Source of the DNA: Clostridia bacterium
Lineage (GTDB): Bacteria; Bacillota; Clostridia; Christensenellales; CAG-138
DNA length: 64,000 bases
Assembly: GCA_017448545.1 (NCBI GenBank)
Contig: JAFSLH010000005.1
Span: 52,627 to 116,626 of the forward strand
Direction: 5' to 3'
The translations under genes were made by a program, and so were the position numbers. The notes under the pieces are model-generated. The model saw nothing but the letters and a program-made list of their open reading frames with translations. It made no database searches and was not told where the DNA came from. Positions 1 through 9,925 of this stretch are shown here, one piece after another; position 1 is the first letter of the stretch; every line of letters starts with the position of its first letter.

Positions 1-1
1 A

Positions 2-244
2 ATCCTTTCGGCCGAAGCGGAGAACGGCGATACCGTCGCGGCCGCAAAAGCGGACAAGGCAGCCGTTTCGGCTGCCGTATCGGCAAGCGAAAAATCGCTG
101 TCGCTTTCAGAGGAGGAAGCGTCTGTGGAGCGCGGCTTCCTGCTGTACGGCAAGGGATATGAAAAGGATTGCTCGCTGAAGGCGATTCTTTCCGAATTGC
201 GCGGCGCGGAGGAGACGAAAGTCGCCGAGATTCTGTTTTCTTAA
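2..244 (+). CDS. V-type ATP synthase subunit E, C-terminal part (5' end outside window)
   Basis: Frame 2 is open from the window edge to TAA at 242-244. The tail GFLLYGKGYEKDCSLKAILSELRGAEETKVAEILFS is typical of V/A-ATPase subunit E. It lies directly upstream of subunits C-F-A-B-D. Confidence 0.55.
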   Translation: MLSAEAENGDTVAAAKADKAAVSAAVSASEKSLSLSEEEASVERGFLLYGKGYEKDCSLKAILSELRGAEETKVAEILFS

Positions 245-260
245 GTAGGAGGAAAGGCGT

Positions 261-1250
261 ATGCCGCAACCGAGTTATACCTATGCGAACGCACGCCTGG
301 CGGCGCTTTCGAAGCGGCTTTTGGATCCGCCGACGATTCGCCGCATGGCGGACGGATCGCTTGCGGACGCTTTGCGCACGCTGCAGGATCTGCGCTACGG
401 CGGATACAGCGACGGCAGCGACGCGGGTGTGGAGCAGTTGATTTCCGCCGAGCTGATCGAAGCGGCGGAGGAAATCCGCGCGCTTTCTCCGAACGTTAAG
501 ATGACCGATCTGTTTCTGCTGCGTACCGATATTCAGAATCTGAAAGTGCTGCTGAAGGCGCGTATGCTGCAGACAAAAGCCCCCGAGCTTTCGGCCGGCG
601 GCGTCTACGCAACGGAAACGCTTTCCGATATGGTGCGGGATCAGCTGTACGACGCGCTGCCCGGTACAATTGCGGCGGCGTTGAATGCCCTGGAAAAGCA
701 GCTTTCCGTTCGGGTCGATCCGCAGGAGATTTCCGTTGCGCTCGATCGTGCCTATCTGCAGTATGCGCTGGAAACGGTCAAAAACGATAAAGTATTGAAG
801 CAGTATTTCCTGTCGCTTTGCGATTTCGACAATATCCTGACGTTTCTGCGCGTCCGTGCGATGGGCGGAACCAAGGAAATGCTTGACGATCTGCTGCTGC
901 CGGAGGCCGGTATCAAAAAGCAGCAGCTGATGGAAACGTTCGACTGGTCGTTTGAGCAACTGAACCGCATCTTAAGCGCGAGCGTCTGCCGCGAACCGCT
1001 GCTGGCCGGATTGAACGCGATGCAGCACAGCGGCAATATCGGCGACGTCGAAAAAGCGCGGGACAACTATTTGATTTCGCTGTTCACCGTACACCAGTAC
1101 GAAACGGACAGCATCTATCCGATCATCGGGTACCTGCTCGCAAAAGAGCGGGAAAGCCGCGCGATCCGGCTGATCGTTACGGCGAAGCGGAACCGGCTCC
1201 CCGATTCGGTGATTGCGGAAAGGTTGGTGACACTGTATGGCCAACGGTAA
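261..1250 (+). CDS. ntpC: V-type ATP synthase subunit C
   Basis: 329-aa ORF with an AGGAGG RBS. The N-terminus YTYANARLAALSKRLL and its position in the operon fit subunit C. Confidence 0.85.
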   Translation: MPQPSYTYANARLAALSKRLLDPPTIRRMADGSLADALRTLQDLRYGGYSDGSDAGVEQLISAELIEAAEEIRALSPNVKMTDLFLLRTDIQNLKVLLKARMLQTKAPELSAGGVYATETLSDMVRDQLYDALPGTIAAALNALEKQLSVRVDPQEISVALDRAYLQYALETVKNDKVLKQYFLSLCDFDNILTFLRVRAMGGTKEMLDDLLLPEAGIKKQQLMETFDWSFEQLNRILSASVCREPLLAGLNAMQHSGNIGDVEKARDNYLISLFTVHQYETDSIYPIIGYLLAKERESRAIRLIVTAKRNRLPDSVIAERLVTLYGQR

Positions 1251-1560
1251 ATGCGCCGTGATCGGCGATCGGGATTCGATTCTGCTGTTTCGTGCGGTCG
1301 GGATTGAGGTATATCCGGAAACGGACGGCGATCGCGCGAACCAGATCATGCACCGGCTTGCGCGAACGGGATACGCCGTTATCTATGTGACCGAATCGCT
1401 GTACCCGCTCTGCGCGGAAACGGTAGCGGAGTTTGCGTCGGAACCGTATCCGGCGATTATCCCGATTCCGGATGCGCTCGGCTCGCAGGGGACGGGCATG
1501 AAAACGCTGAAAGCGAACGTCGAAAAAGCGGTCGGCGTTGATATTTTGAGTAATTCTTGA
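1237..1560 (+). CDS. ntpF: V-type ATP synthase subunit F
   Basis: 107-aa ORF overlapping the end of subunit C. It contains the subunit F signature [19 protein letters not shown]. Confidence 0.85.
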   Translation: MANGKCAVIGDRDSILLFRAVGIEVYPETDGDRANQIMHRLARTGYAVIYVTESLYPLCAETVAEFASEPYPAIIPIPDALGSQGTGMKTLKANVEKAVGVDILSNS

Positions 1561-1574
1561 GCAGGAGAGAGAGT

Positions 1575-3338
1575 ATGCAAGGAACGATTATCAAAGTTTC
1601 CGGGCCCTTAATCGTTGCAGGCGGCATGGCGGACGTCCAGATGTTCGACGTCGTTCGCGTGTCCGAAAAGCATCTGATCGGCGAGGTCATAGAGCTGCGC
1701 GGCGACAAAGCGTCCATTCAGGTTTATGAGGAAACCGGCGGCATCGGGCCGGGCGAGCCCGTTGTTTCGACCGGCGCGCCGCTGTCCGTTGAGCTTGCGC
1801 CGGGCCTGATCGAGTCGATTTACGACGGTATCCAGCGTCCGCTTTCCGAGATTCGCAAGCGCGCAGGCGACCGCATCACGCGCGGTATCGAGGTCAATGC
1901 GCTCGACCATGAAAAGTTATGGCACTTTGTCCCGACGGCAAAGGTCGGCGATGTGCTTGCGGCCGGCGATGTGCTCGGCACGGTGCAGGAGACCGAGGCG
2001 GTTCTCCATAAGATCATGGTTCCGCCGAATGTTTCCGGTACGCTGACCTGGATTTTCGAGGGCGACGCGAACATCGTAACCCCGATTGCCAAGCTGGAAA
2101 AGAACGGCAAGACGGTTGAACTGCCGATGCTGCAGAAGTGGCCGGTGCGCAGAGGCCGTCCGTATGCCGAAAAGCTCGCGCCGAATGAGCCGATGATTAC
2201 CGGTCAGCGCGTTATTGATACGCTGTTCCCGGTTTCCAAGGGCGGCGTCGCAGCAGTTCCCGGTCCGTTCGGCAGCGGCAAGACGGTCGTGCAGCATCAG
2301 CTTGCGAAGTGGGCCGATGCGGATATTATCGTTTACGTCGGCTGCGGCGAGCGCGGCAACGAGATGACGGACGTTCTGATGGAGTTCCCCGCGCTGAAGG
2401 ACCCGCGCACGGGACTGTCGCTGATGAAGCGTACCGTGCTGATCGCGAACACATCCGATATGCCGGTTGCGGCGCGTGAAGCGTCCATCTATACGGGCAT
2501 CACGATTGCGGAGTATTTCCGTGACATGGGATATAAAGTCGCTATCATGGCGGACTCGACGAGCCGTTGGGCAGAGGCGCTGCGCGAAATGAGCGGTCGT
2601 CTCGAAGAAATGCCCGGTGAAGAAGGATACCCTGCGTATCTGTCTTCCCGTCTCGCGGAGTTCTATGAGCGTGCCGGCGCGGTCAAGACGCTCGGCAGCG
2701 AGGGACGCACCGGCGCCGTTACGGCGATCGGCGCTGTTTCCCCTCCGGGCGGCGATATTTCCGAACCGGTTTCGCAGGCGACGCTGCGTATTGTAAAGGT
2801 GTATTGGGGCCTTTCGGCCAAGCTCGCGTATGCGCGTCACTTCCCGGCGATCGACTGGCTGCAGTCCTATTCGCTGTATCAGGATCGGCTGGCGCCGTGG
2901 TTCAATTCGAACGTGAATCCGCAGTGGTCGGCGCTGGTTGCAGAAACGATGCATCTTTTGCAGGTTGAAAGCGAACTGGACGAAATCGTCCGACTTGTCG
3001 GTATCGACGCGCTGTCGTTCCGCGATCGATTGACGCTCGAAACCGCGCGCAGCATTCGTGAGGACTATCTGCACCAGAACGCGTTCCACGAGGTTGACAC
3101 GTATACGTCGCCGAAGAAGCAGTATATGATGCTCGACGTGATTCTGCAGAACTACAAGAAGTCGCTGGAGGCGCTGGAGCATGACGCGTCGTTTGCCAAG
3201 CTGATGGCGATGCCGGTTCTGGAGCGCATCGGTCGTCTGAAATACGTTCCCGAAGATCGCGTGGAAGAGGAGTATAACGACATCCTGAAAGCGATTGCCG
3301 CCGAAACGGCTGCGCTGACGGAAGGAGGTGCGTTCTGA
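1575..3338 (+). CDS. ntpA: V-type ATP synthase catalytic subunit A
   Basis: Walker A motif GPFGSGKTV and strong A-subunit similarity throughout. I chose the ATG at 1575, which follows GGAGAGAGAG, over the upstream TTG at 1557. Confidence 0.95.
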   Translation: MQGTIIKVSGPLIVAGGMADVQMFDVVRVSEKHLIGEVIELRGDKASIQVYEETGGIGPGEPVVSTGAPLSVELAPGLIESIYDGIQRPLSEIRKRAGDRITRGIEVNALDHEKLWHFVPTAKVGDVLAAGDVLGTVQETEAVLHKIMVPPNVSGTLTWIFEGDANIVTPIAKLEKNGKTVELPMLQKWPVRRGRPYAEKLAPNEPMITGQRVIDTLFPVSKGGVAAVPGPFGSGKTVVQHQLAKWADADIIVYVGCGERGNEMTDVLMEFPALKDPRTGLSLMKRTVLIANTSDMPVAAREASIYTGITIAEYFRDMGYKVAIMADSTSRWAEALREMSGRLEEMPGEEGYPAYLSSRLAEFYERAGAVKTLGSEGRTGAVTAIGAVSPPGGDISEPVSQATLRIVKVYWGLSAKLAYARHFPAIDWLQSYSLYQDRLAPWFNSNVNPQWSALVAETMHLLQVESELDEIVRLVGIDALSFRDRLTLETARSIREDYLHQNAFHEVDTYTSPKKQYMMLDVILQNYKKSLEALEHDASFAKLMAMPVLERIGRLKYVPEDRVEEEYNDILKAIAAETAALTEGGAF

Positions 3339-4714
3339 TGCGGAAGGAATATCGTACGATTACCGAAGTCGTCGGCCCGCTGATGATGGTCAAGGACGTC
3401 GAAGGCGTCAAGTATGACGAACTCGTTGAGATCGAGCAGGCGGACGGCACAATCCGTCGCGGCAGAGTGCTGGAAATCAACGGCGACAAGGCGATGGTGC
3501 AGTTGTTTGAGGGCTCGCAGGGCCTTCGGATTTCGGACAGCAAAGCCCGCTTCTTGGGCCATTCGATCCAGCTTGCCGTTGCGCCGGACATGCTCGGCCG
3601 TATCTTCAACGGCATGGGCGAGCCGAAGGACGGCGGCCCCGCGCTGATTGCCGAGAAGCATCTTGACATCAACGGCGTCGCGATGAACCCCGCCGCGCGC
3701 GACTACCCCTCCGAGTTTATTCAGACCGGCGTTTCCGCAATCGACGGATTGAATACGCTGGTGCGCGGACAGAAGCTGCCCGTGTTCTCCGGCTCCGGTC
3801 TGCCGCATGCAAACCTTGCCGCGCAGATCGCGCGTCAGGCGCGCGTACTCGGCTCCGATGAGAAGTTCGCCGTCGTATTCGCCGCTGTCGGCATTACGTT
3901 CGAGGAAGCCGACTTCTTCATCAACGACTTCCGCAGAACCGGCGCGATCGAGCGAACCGTGACGTTTATCAACCTGGCAAACGACCCGGCGATCGAGCGT
4001 ATCAATACGCCGCGTATGGCGATCACCGCTGCGGAATATCTGGCATACGATCTCGGCATGCACGTGCTCGTTATCATCACGGACATCACGAATTACGCCG
4101 AGGCGCTGCGCGAAGTCTCTGCTGCACGTAAAGAGGTCCCGGGCCGCCGCGGTTATCCGGGCTATATGTACACCGATCTTGCGACGATGTATGAGCGCGC
4201 GGGCCGTATTCGCGGCAACAAGGGCTCGATCACGATGATCCCGATCCTGTCGATGCCGGAAGACGACGTAACGCATCCGATTCCCGACCTGACCGGCTAC
4301 ATCACCGAGGGCCAGATCATCCTGTCCCGCGAACTGTACCGCAAGGGCGTAACGCCCCCGATCAACGTCCTCCCGTCGCTGTCGCGTTTGAAGGATAAGG
4401 GCATCGGCAAGGGCAAAACGCGCGAGGATCATGCGGATACGATGAATCAGCTGTTTGCCGCCTATTCCCGCGGCAAGGACGCGAAGGAGCTGGCCGTTAT
4501 TCTCGGCGACGCGGCGTTGTCCGATACCGACAAGCTGTATGCAAAGTTTGCGGATGCGTTCGAAGCGGAATACGTTTCGCAGGGCTATTACACGAACCGT
4601 TCCATCGAAGAGACGCTCGATCTCGGCTGGAAGCTGCTTTCGATTCTGCCGAAGTCGGAGCTGAAGCGTATTCGCGACGAGTACATCGAAAAATACTATC
4701 CCGAGGAGGCGTAA
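3338..4714 (+). CDS. ntpB: V-type ATP synthase subunit B
   Basis: 458-aa ORF with typical B-subunit sequence ([21 protein letters not shown]). A TGATG overlap couples it to subunit A. Confidence 0.95.
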   Translation: MRKEYRTITEVVGPLMMVKDVEGVKYDELVEIEQADGTIRRGRVLEINGDKAMVQLFEGSQGLRISDSKARFLGHSIQLAVAPDMLGRIFNGMGEPKDGGPALIAEKHLDINGVAMNPAARDYPSEFIQTGVSAIDGLNTLVRGQKLPVFSGSGLPHANLAAQIARQARVLGSDEKFAVVFAAVGITFEEADFFINDFRRTGAIERTVTFINLANDPAIERINTPRMAITAAEYLAYDLGMHVLVIITDITNYAEALREVSAARKEVPGRRGYPGYMYTDLATMYERAGRIRGNKGSITMIPILSMPEDDVTHPIPDLTGYITEGQIILSRELYRKGVTPPINVLPSLSRLKDKGIGKGKTREDHADTMNQLFAAYSRGKDAKELAVILGDAALSDTDKLYAKFADAFEAEYVSQGYYTNRSIEETLDLGWKLLSILPKSELKRIRDEYIEKYYPEEA

Positions 4715-4717
4715 GCC

Positions 4718-5350
4718 GTGGCGCTGCAATACAAGCCCACCCGAATGGAGCTGTCCAACCTGAAAAAACGGCGGACGGTTGCCATTCGCGGTCACAAGAT
4801 GATGAAGGATAAGCGGGACGAGCTCGTTCGCCGCTTCATCGTCTATGCCCGGCGGAATCAGCAATTGCGGCGGGAGACGGAGGAGAAGCTCCAAAAGGCC
4901 ATGCAGAGCTTCGTGCTCGCACGCGCCATGATGTCGACGGCGGAGATCGAGGAAGCGCTCCTGTATCCGGCGCGCGCGATCGACCTCGATCAGTCGGTGC
5001 AGAACGTGCTTTCGATCCCGGTACCGAAGCTCGAAATGCAGGATCCGCAGGACGGATTCGTGTACCCGTACGGATTCGCTTCCACGGGCGCGGATCTCGA
5101 TACGGCGGTGCAGGCGCTTGCGGAGATTTTGCCGCTGATGCTGGAACTTGCCGAGGTCGAAAAAGCGACAAGCCGGCTCGCTGACGAGATTGAAAAAACG
5201 CGCCGCCGCGTCAATGCGCTCGAGTACGTCATGATTCCGCAGTTCGACGAGGCGATCCACGATATCCAGATGAAGCTCGAAGAAAACGAGCGCGGCAACA
5301 CGTCCCGCCTGATGAAGACGAAAGAAATGCTGGCAAAGGAAGCGGAATGA
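4718..5350 (+). CDS. ntpD: V-type ATP synthase subunit D
   Basis: 210-aa ORF with a GTG start 3 nt after subunit B. The N-terminus PTRMELSNLKKR and the coiled-coil C-terminus fit subunit D. Confidence 0.9.
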   Translation: MALQYKPTRMELSNLKKRRTVAIRGHKMMKDKRDELVRRFIVYARRNQQLRRETEEKLQKAMQSFVLARAMMSTAEIEEALLYPARAIDLDQSVQNVLSIPVPKLEMQDPQDGFVYPYGFASTGADLDTAVQALAEILPLMLELAEVEKATSRLADEIEKTRRRVNALEYVMIPQFDEAIHDIQMKLEENERGNTSRLMKTKEMLAKEAE

Positions 5351-6270
5351 ACCCGATTGCGCTTTGCAGGGAAAACGGGTTTGCGGAAGCGTTTATTCTT
5401 CCGGTTGCCCCATACGAAGATTGGACGCGCCATCGCAACGGTGGCGCGTTTCATTCCAATGCAGACGAGCTGAAGGACAACCCCGCCGACGCGTATCCGT
5501 GGGCGAATGCGTGCATGATCGCGGTCTGGGCATATGCGCCTTATGATGACACGTCGGTCGTTGCCGCCTATTATCCGGCAAGCAACGCCGCTTATCATGC
5601 GATGACGCGGATCGTCCGCATGCTGAACGAAGCGGGGATACAAGCCGAACGCGCAAAAACGCCGTTTCGCACGCAGTTGCTCACCGCGGGGATCGGCACG
5701 AAGATGGACAATCAGCTTTGGTACTACCCGCCCTACGGGACGTATACGCATCTGGAGGGCGTGATGCTGAAGCTGAACGAGCCGGTCGCGTTTACGCCGC
5801 CGCACGCGAACGAGCCGGTTTGCGACCATTGCGGACGGTGCGATAAGGTTTGCTACGGCGCGCTGAACGGCGGACGGTACGACTGGCACGACTGTATCCG
5901 CTCCTATCTCGAAACCGTTCCGATTCCGGCACGTTTTTTGCCCGAGCTGACTTGCTTTTTCGGCTGTCAGCGCTGTCAGGACGTCTGCCCCAAAAACCCG
6001 AAATCGTTCGTGCCGGTGCCGGATGGCGTGCGTGCAGCGCTCGATCCGGTTCGGATTCTGAACGGCGAGCTGCCAAAAGCGCTGCAGGTGCTCGGCACAA
6101 ATCGCAAAAAGCAGATTCTGCGGCAGGCGATCGTCTTGTGCGCGAACCACCGTCGGACGGATGCTCTGCCGACGCTGCTGCGGATGCGCGAAGCCGGGGA
6201 CAGCCCGTACAAATCCGAATTGGATTATGCGATTTTCCTCTTGCAAAAAGAGAAAAGTATGGTAAAATAG
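5347..6270 (+). CDS. QueG-like (epoxyqueuosine reductase family) 4Fe-4S dicluster protein
   Basis: Two cluster motifs, CDHCGRCDKVC and GCQRCQDVCPKNP, plus AGIGTKMDN and DCIRSYLE blocks resembling QueG. An ATGA overlap couples it to subunit D. It is shorter than canonical QueG. Confidence 0.65.
   Translation: MNPIALCRENGFAEAFILPVAPYEDWTRHRNGGAFHSNADELKDNPADAYPWANACMIAVWAYAPYDDTSVVAAYYPASNAAYHAMTRIVRMLNEAGIQAERAKTPFRTQLLTAGIGTKMDNQLWYYPPYGTYTHLEGVMLKLNEPVAFTPPHANEPVCDHCGRCDKVCYGALNGGRYDWHDCIRSYLETVPIPARFLPELTCFFGCQRCQDVCPKNPKSFVPVPDGVRAALDPVRILNGELPKALQVLGTNRKKQILRQAIVLCANHRRTDALPTLLRMREAGDSPYKSELDYAIFLLQKEKSMVK
6241..6268 (+). promoter_or_regulatory. Putative sigma-A promoter for the SRP RNA (TTGCAA-16-TGgTAAAAT)
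   Basis: TTGCAA at 6241-6246 and an extended -10 TGGTAAAAT at 6260-6268. It lies inside the last codons of the QueG-like CDS, about 7 nt upstream of the predicted RNA 5' end. Confidence 0.45.
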
Positions 6271-6274
6271 GTTT

Positions 6275-6545
6275 GTCGCACTAAGCGGGGAGTTAGCGGT
6301 GCCCTGTACTCGCAATCCGCTATAGCGAGGCTGAACTCCCATTCCGAGGCAAACGGTTGTGAGGTCGATCCCGGCACGGAGTGTTGATCGGCGGGTCCTG
6401 TGCAATCGTGCGCTGTGAACCGTGTCAGGTCCTGACGGAAGCAGCACTAAGCAGAAAGCGCGGTGTGCCGCGGGAAAGCCTGCAAGGAGCCACCGACCGG
6501 GCCACCACTCGGAGCCGAATGTCGAAGAATGGGTGTGCGATATTG
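6275..6545 (+). ncRNA. ffs: Signal recognition particle RNA, large Bacillus/Clostridium type (scRNA)
   Basis: Contains the domain IV core GTCAGGTCCTGACGGAAGCAGCAC. The 5' TGTCGCAC pairs with the 3' GTGTGCGA. An Alu-like 5' domain (GGGGAGTTAGCGGTGCC) is present, the length is about 270 nt, and no coding signal is apparent. The ends are approximate. Confidence 0.8.
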
Positions 6546-6550
6546 CAATC

Positions 6551-6631
6551 AAAGGGATTGTGAAAAACTGCCGTGGGTTCTTCGGAATCCCCGAATCATC
6601 GGACAGGACGTTTTTCACAGTCCCTTTTTGC
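6551..6631 (+). terminator. Long hairpin plus T-run downstream of the SRP RNA
   Basis: AAAGGGATTGTGAAAAAC (6551-6568) pairs with GTTTTTCACAGTCCCTTT (6610-6627), followed by TTT. An inner GGGTTCTTCGGAATCCC hairpin sits in the loop. Confidence 0.5.
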
Positions 6632-6660
6632 AGAATGTGGCAGGATTGCATGGAGGTATC

Positions 6661-7323
6661 ATGGAAAGCTTTTCGGTTTTTGAAATTGTCGGCCCGCGTA
6701 TGACCGGCCCGTCGTCGAGTCATACGGCCGGCGCGGCAAAGATCGCGCTGCTTGCGCGGCGGATCATCAATCGCCCGATTCGTGAGGTGCGTTTTACGCT
6801 GTACGGGTCGTTTGCCGAAACCGGTCGGGGCCATGGAACGGACAAAGCGCTTGTCGCCGGGATTCTCGGCTTTGCGCAGGATGATCCGAGGATTCCGAAC
6901 GCATACGATTATGCGAAGGAACAGGGCGTTCTGGTGAACGTGATCATGTCGGACGAGCCGACGCGCCATCCGAATACCGTGAAGATCGAAGCGTGCGGCG
7001 ACGACGATTCCTGGACCGAAGTCATGGGCGAGTCGATCGGCGGCGGAAACATCCTGATCACCGAGATCGACGGCCTTGCCGTGGAGCTGACCGGCGATTA
7101 TCCGACGATGATTATCCGGCACCACGATCAGCCGGGCGTCATTGCGGAGGTTTCGCACGTACTGGCACAGATGCGCGTCAATATCGCATTCATGCGCGTG
7201 TTCCGGCACGGACGCGGCGAGGACGCCTATATGTGCATTGAAACGGACACGGAAGTCACCGAAGGCATGCAGACGATCATCCTGCAGCTTTGTCGGTCGA
7301 TCCGGCAGCTCATTGTGGTGTAA
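6661..7323 (+). CDS. sdaAB: L-serine ammonia-lyase (dehydratase), iron-sulfur dependent, beta subunit
   Basis: The N-terminus FEIVGPRMTGPSSSHTAGAAKIA and a C-terminal ACT-like region fit sdaAB. I chose the ATG at 6661, after GGAGG, inside the longer ORF 6463-7323. Confidence 0.9.
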   Translation: MESFSVFEIVGPRMTGPSSSHTAGAAKIALLARRIINRPIREVRFTLYGSFAETGRGHGTDKALVAGILGFAQDDPRIPNAYDYAKEQGVLVNVIMSDEPTRHPNTVKIEACGDDDSWTEVMGESIGGGNILITEIDGLAVELTGDYPTMIIRHHDQPGVIAEVSHVLAQMRVNIAFMRVFRHGRGEDAYMCIETDTEVTEGMQTIILQLCRSIRQLIVV

Positions 7324-7335
7324 GGAGGCGGCAGA

Positions 7336-8253
7336 ATGATAGCGTTGACCGATGCGTTTGTAAACGGCGAAACCCTGTGCCGCTTTTGCGCACAGGAGGG
7401 GATTCTTCTTTCCGAAGCCATGATCCGGCGCGAAATCGCCATGGGCGAAATGACGCGGGACGAGATTTGGGAGGAGATGCGAAAGAATCTGCTTGTTATG
7501 CGGGAAGCCATTCGTCGCGGGTTGGAAGAGCACGTGGAATCCGTGAGCCATCTCTCCGGCGGCGAAGCGATGCAGCTGTTCCGGTACGCGAAGTATAATC
7601 CGTTTTCCGGGCCGAATACCTGCCGCGCCTGCGCGAGCGCGATGGCGGTCGTGGAAGTAAACGCGGCGATGGGACAGATCGTTGCTGCGCCGACGGCGGG
7701 CGCAAGCGGAATTCTTCCGGGCGTGCTGCTGGAATGCGGCATCGACCGCAACTGGAACGACGAACAGCTGATTCAGGGCCTGTTCTGCGCCGGCGCTGTC
7801 GGGCTGCTGTTTGCGCAGAACGCAACGATCTCCGGCGCGGAAGGCGGCTGCCAGGCCGAAACGGGCGTCGGCAGCGCAATGGCGGCTGCGGCGCTGGTCG
7901 AGCTGTCGGGCGGAACGCCGGAGCAGTCGCTCGACGCTTCGGCGATGACGATCAAAAACATCATGGGTCTTGTCTGCGATCCGGTTGCAGGCCTTGTCGA
8001 ATGTCCCTGCATCAAGCGAAACGCGCTCGGCGCGGCGAATGCGCTGCTGTGCGCGGATATGACGCTGTGCGGCATCACGAGCCTGATTCCGTTCGACGAA
8101 GTCGTTGCAGCGATGCTGGCGGTCGGGCGCGATATCCGGCGCGAATACCGGGAAACGGCGATGGGCGGTCTCGCGACCACGCCGACCGGCAAGGCGGTCG
8201 CCGAAAAGGTGCATCGGTTCCAGGAATATCAGCGAACAAATCATTCCCGCTGA
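7336..8253 (+). CDS. sdaAA: L-serine ammonia-lyase, alpha subunit
   Basis: 305-aa ORF with an AAGGAGG RBS. Motifs GASGILPG and GGCQAE match, and it pairs with sdaAB. Confidence 0.9.
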   Translation: MIALTDAFVNGETLCRFCAQEGILLSEAMIRREIAMGEMTRDEIWEEMRKNLLVMREAIRRGLEEHVESVSHLSGGEAMQLFRYAKYNPFSGPNTCRACASAMAVVEVNAAMGQIVAAPTAGASGILPGVLLECGIDRNWNDEQLIQGLFCAGAVGLLFAQNATISGAEGGCQAETGVGSAMAAAALVELSGGTPEQSLDASAMTIKNIMGLVCDPVAGLVECPCIKRNALGAANALLCADMTLCGITSLIPFDEVVAAMLAVGRDIRREYRETAMGGLATTPTGKAVAEKVHRFQEYQRTNHSR

Positions 8254-8313
8254 TGCAACCAAACGGTTGGATAGGCGGTATTATGATCAGATAGGGGAAA
8301 GGAGCTTACTGCT

Positions 8314-9282
8314 ATGAAAAAGAAATGGATTGCAATTTTGCTCGCGGCGGTGATCGCGGTTGCCTGCGTTGCCTGTTCCGCTAACGCGTCTAAGGCGTCC
8401 CGGGATCAGGGCGGCTATTATGCCACCAAGTCGGAGTCGTATTATTCCGACTCATGGGTGGAGATGGAGGAAGCGCCCGCTGCTGCCGGAATGGCGACTT
8501 CGAACAGTTATTCGGCAGTGAACACGTCTGCAAACGAGCAGGTTCCGCAGGAAGTCGGCCGCAAACTGATTCGGGACGCTTCGATGACGATCGAAACGAA
8601 GCTGTTTGACGAGATGATCCCGGAACTGCAGGCGCATATCGCAGTCTGCGGCGGCTATATCGAGTCCATGACCGAAAGCGGCAACAGCTATAACAGCAGC
8701 TCATATCGCCGCGCCTATTTCACCGCGCGCATTCCCGCCGACCGACTGGACGAGTTCCTCGGCAAAGTGGACGGCATCGGCAACGTAACCTCCAAGAGCC
8801 TTTCCACACGGGACGTGACTTCGCAGTATGTCGACGTGGAGAGCCGGCTGGAAGTGCTGCGGACCGAGAAGGAGAGTCTCGAACGGATCATGGCTGCGGC
8901 CGAAACGACCGTCGATATGCTGGAAGTGCAGTCGCGGCTGTATGACGTCATTGAGGAGATCGAGTCCTACGAAGCGACGAAGCGCACCTATGACGCGCTG
9001 ATTTCGTACAGCACGGTCAATATCAACGTGCAGGAAGTCATTGAACTGACGCCGCCGAAGGAAGAGACGCGCTGGGAGGAACTGAGCCGACGGTTTGCGA
9101 CGAGCCTTGACAACCTCGGCGAAGGAATCGTTGACTTCGGCATCGGCTTCGTCGTCGCGCTGCCGTGGCTGCTGGTGTTCGGCGTCGTGTTCGGCGGTAT
9201 CGCGCTGGCAATCATTCTTCCGATCCGTGCGAAGGTCAAGAAGCGTAGGGCGGCTGCCGCAAAGAAGGAAGAAAACAAATAA
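8314..9282 (+). CDS. DUF4349-like lipoprotein with C-terminal membrane anchor
   Basis: It has a lipobox (LLAAVIAVACVAC), a coiled-coil middle and a C-terminal TM segment followed by a KKRR tail. The family assignment is from memory. Confidence 0.6.
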   Translation: MKKKWIAILLAAVIAVACVACSANASKASRDQGGYYATKSESYYSDSWVEMEEAPAAAGMATSNSYSAVNTSANEQVPQEVGRKLIRDASMTIETKLFDEMIPELQAHIAVCGGYIESMTESGNSYNSSSYRRAYFTARIPADRLDEFLGKVDGIGNVTSKSLSTRDVTSQYVDVESRLEVLRTEKESLERIMAAAETTVDMLEVQSRLYDVIEEIESYEATKRTYDALISYSTVNINVQEVIELTPPKEETRWEELSRRFATSLDNLGEGIVDFGIGFVVALPWLLVFGVVFGGIALAIILPIRAKVKKRRAAAAKKEENK

Positions 9283-9304
9283 ACCCAAAGAACAGAACAG
9301 ATCT

Positions 9305-9336
9305 AAAAAGAAGCAGGCGTTTTCCTGCTTCTTTCT
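9305..9336. terminator. Bidirectional intrinsic terminator hairpin
   Basis: AAAGAAGCAGG-CGTTTT-CCTGCTTCTTT lies between convergent genes and is flanked by A- and T-runs. Confidence 0.6.
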
Positions 9337-9340
9337 GCGT

Positions 9341-9916
9341 TCAGGGCTGTTTTGACGATGCATCCGCGATCTTGTCAAGAGATTCCTGTTTGATCAGCTC
9401 GCGAAGTTCGGTCAGATACGGCGAAAAGGCGACCTTGTCATAGCCGTAGGTCAGCTGCAGATCGTACTCGTTCGGGAGCCAGGTTTCGATCTGCGATTCG
9501 TTGTGCGCGATCACGGCTTCGAGATTGTCAAGCGCCTTGTAAATCTTCGCCTCGATCGTTTCGCGTGCGATCATTTCCTCGTACAGCGCGCGCATCTCTT
9601 CGCGATACGGCAGGGGGAGCGTATCCACCCAACGGAACAGCAGCGATTCTTCCTTTTGCTCGTCCGCAGCCGTTTTCAGAAACGTCGGGATATCGCCGGT
9701 GAATGCTTCGCCGATGTCGTGAATCAGACACATGCGGACGACCTTGTTCATGTCCGCTTCCGGGAAATCGTCCGAAATCCAGTACGCCATCAAAGCAAGC
9801 CGCCAGGAGTGCTCGGCGACGCTTTCGTGCCGTCCCTGCGACGTATAGCAGTGGCGCGTCGCGTCCTTCAGCCGCTCCATCAGGTGCAGGTTTTCCAAAA
9901 GATCCTTGCCGTTCAT
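9341..9916 (-). CDS. HD-domain phosphohydrolase (YfbR-like 5'-deoxynucleotidase family)
   Basis: HD motif elements ESVAEHSWRLA and LIHDIGEAFTGD. An AAGGAG RBS is embedded in the end of the upstream gene. Confidence 0.75.
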   Translation of the reverse strand: MNGKDLLENLHLMERLKDATRHCYTSQGRHESVAEHSWRLALMAYWISDDFPEADMNKVVRMCLIHDIGEAFTGDIPTFLKTAADEQKEESLLFRWVDTLPLPYREEMRALYEEMIARETIEAKIYKALDNLEAVIAHNESQIETWLPNEYDLQLTYGYDKVAFSPYLTELRELIKQESLDKIADASSKQP

Positions 9917-9925
9917 CGCGTCTCC

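Noticed and set aside
4990-8262. A 1090-codon stop-free ORF on the minus strand, spanning atpD, the QueG-like gene, the SRP RNA and both sda genes.
   Set aside because: It runs codon-for-codon antisense to three plus-strand genes that all share one frame. In that register, antisense stop codons need sense TTA, CTA or TCA codons, which this GC-rich genome avoids. The product is Arg/Ala-rich and low in complexity, has no RBS, and crosses a well-supported RNA gene. I treat it as a shadow ORF.
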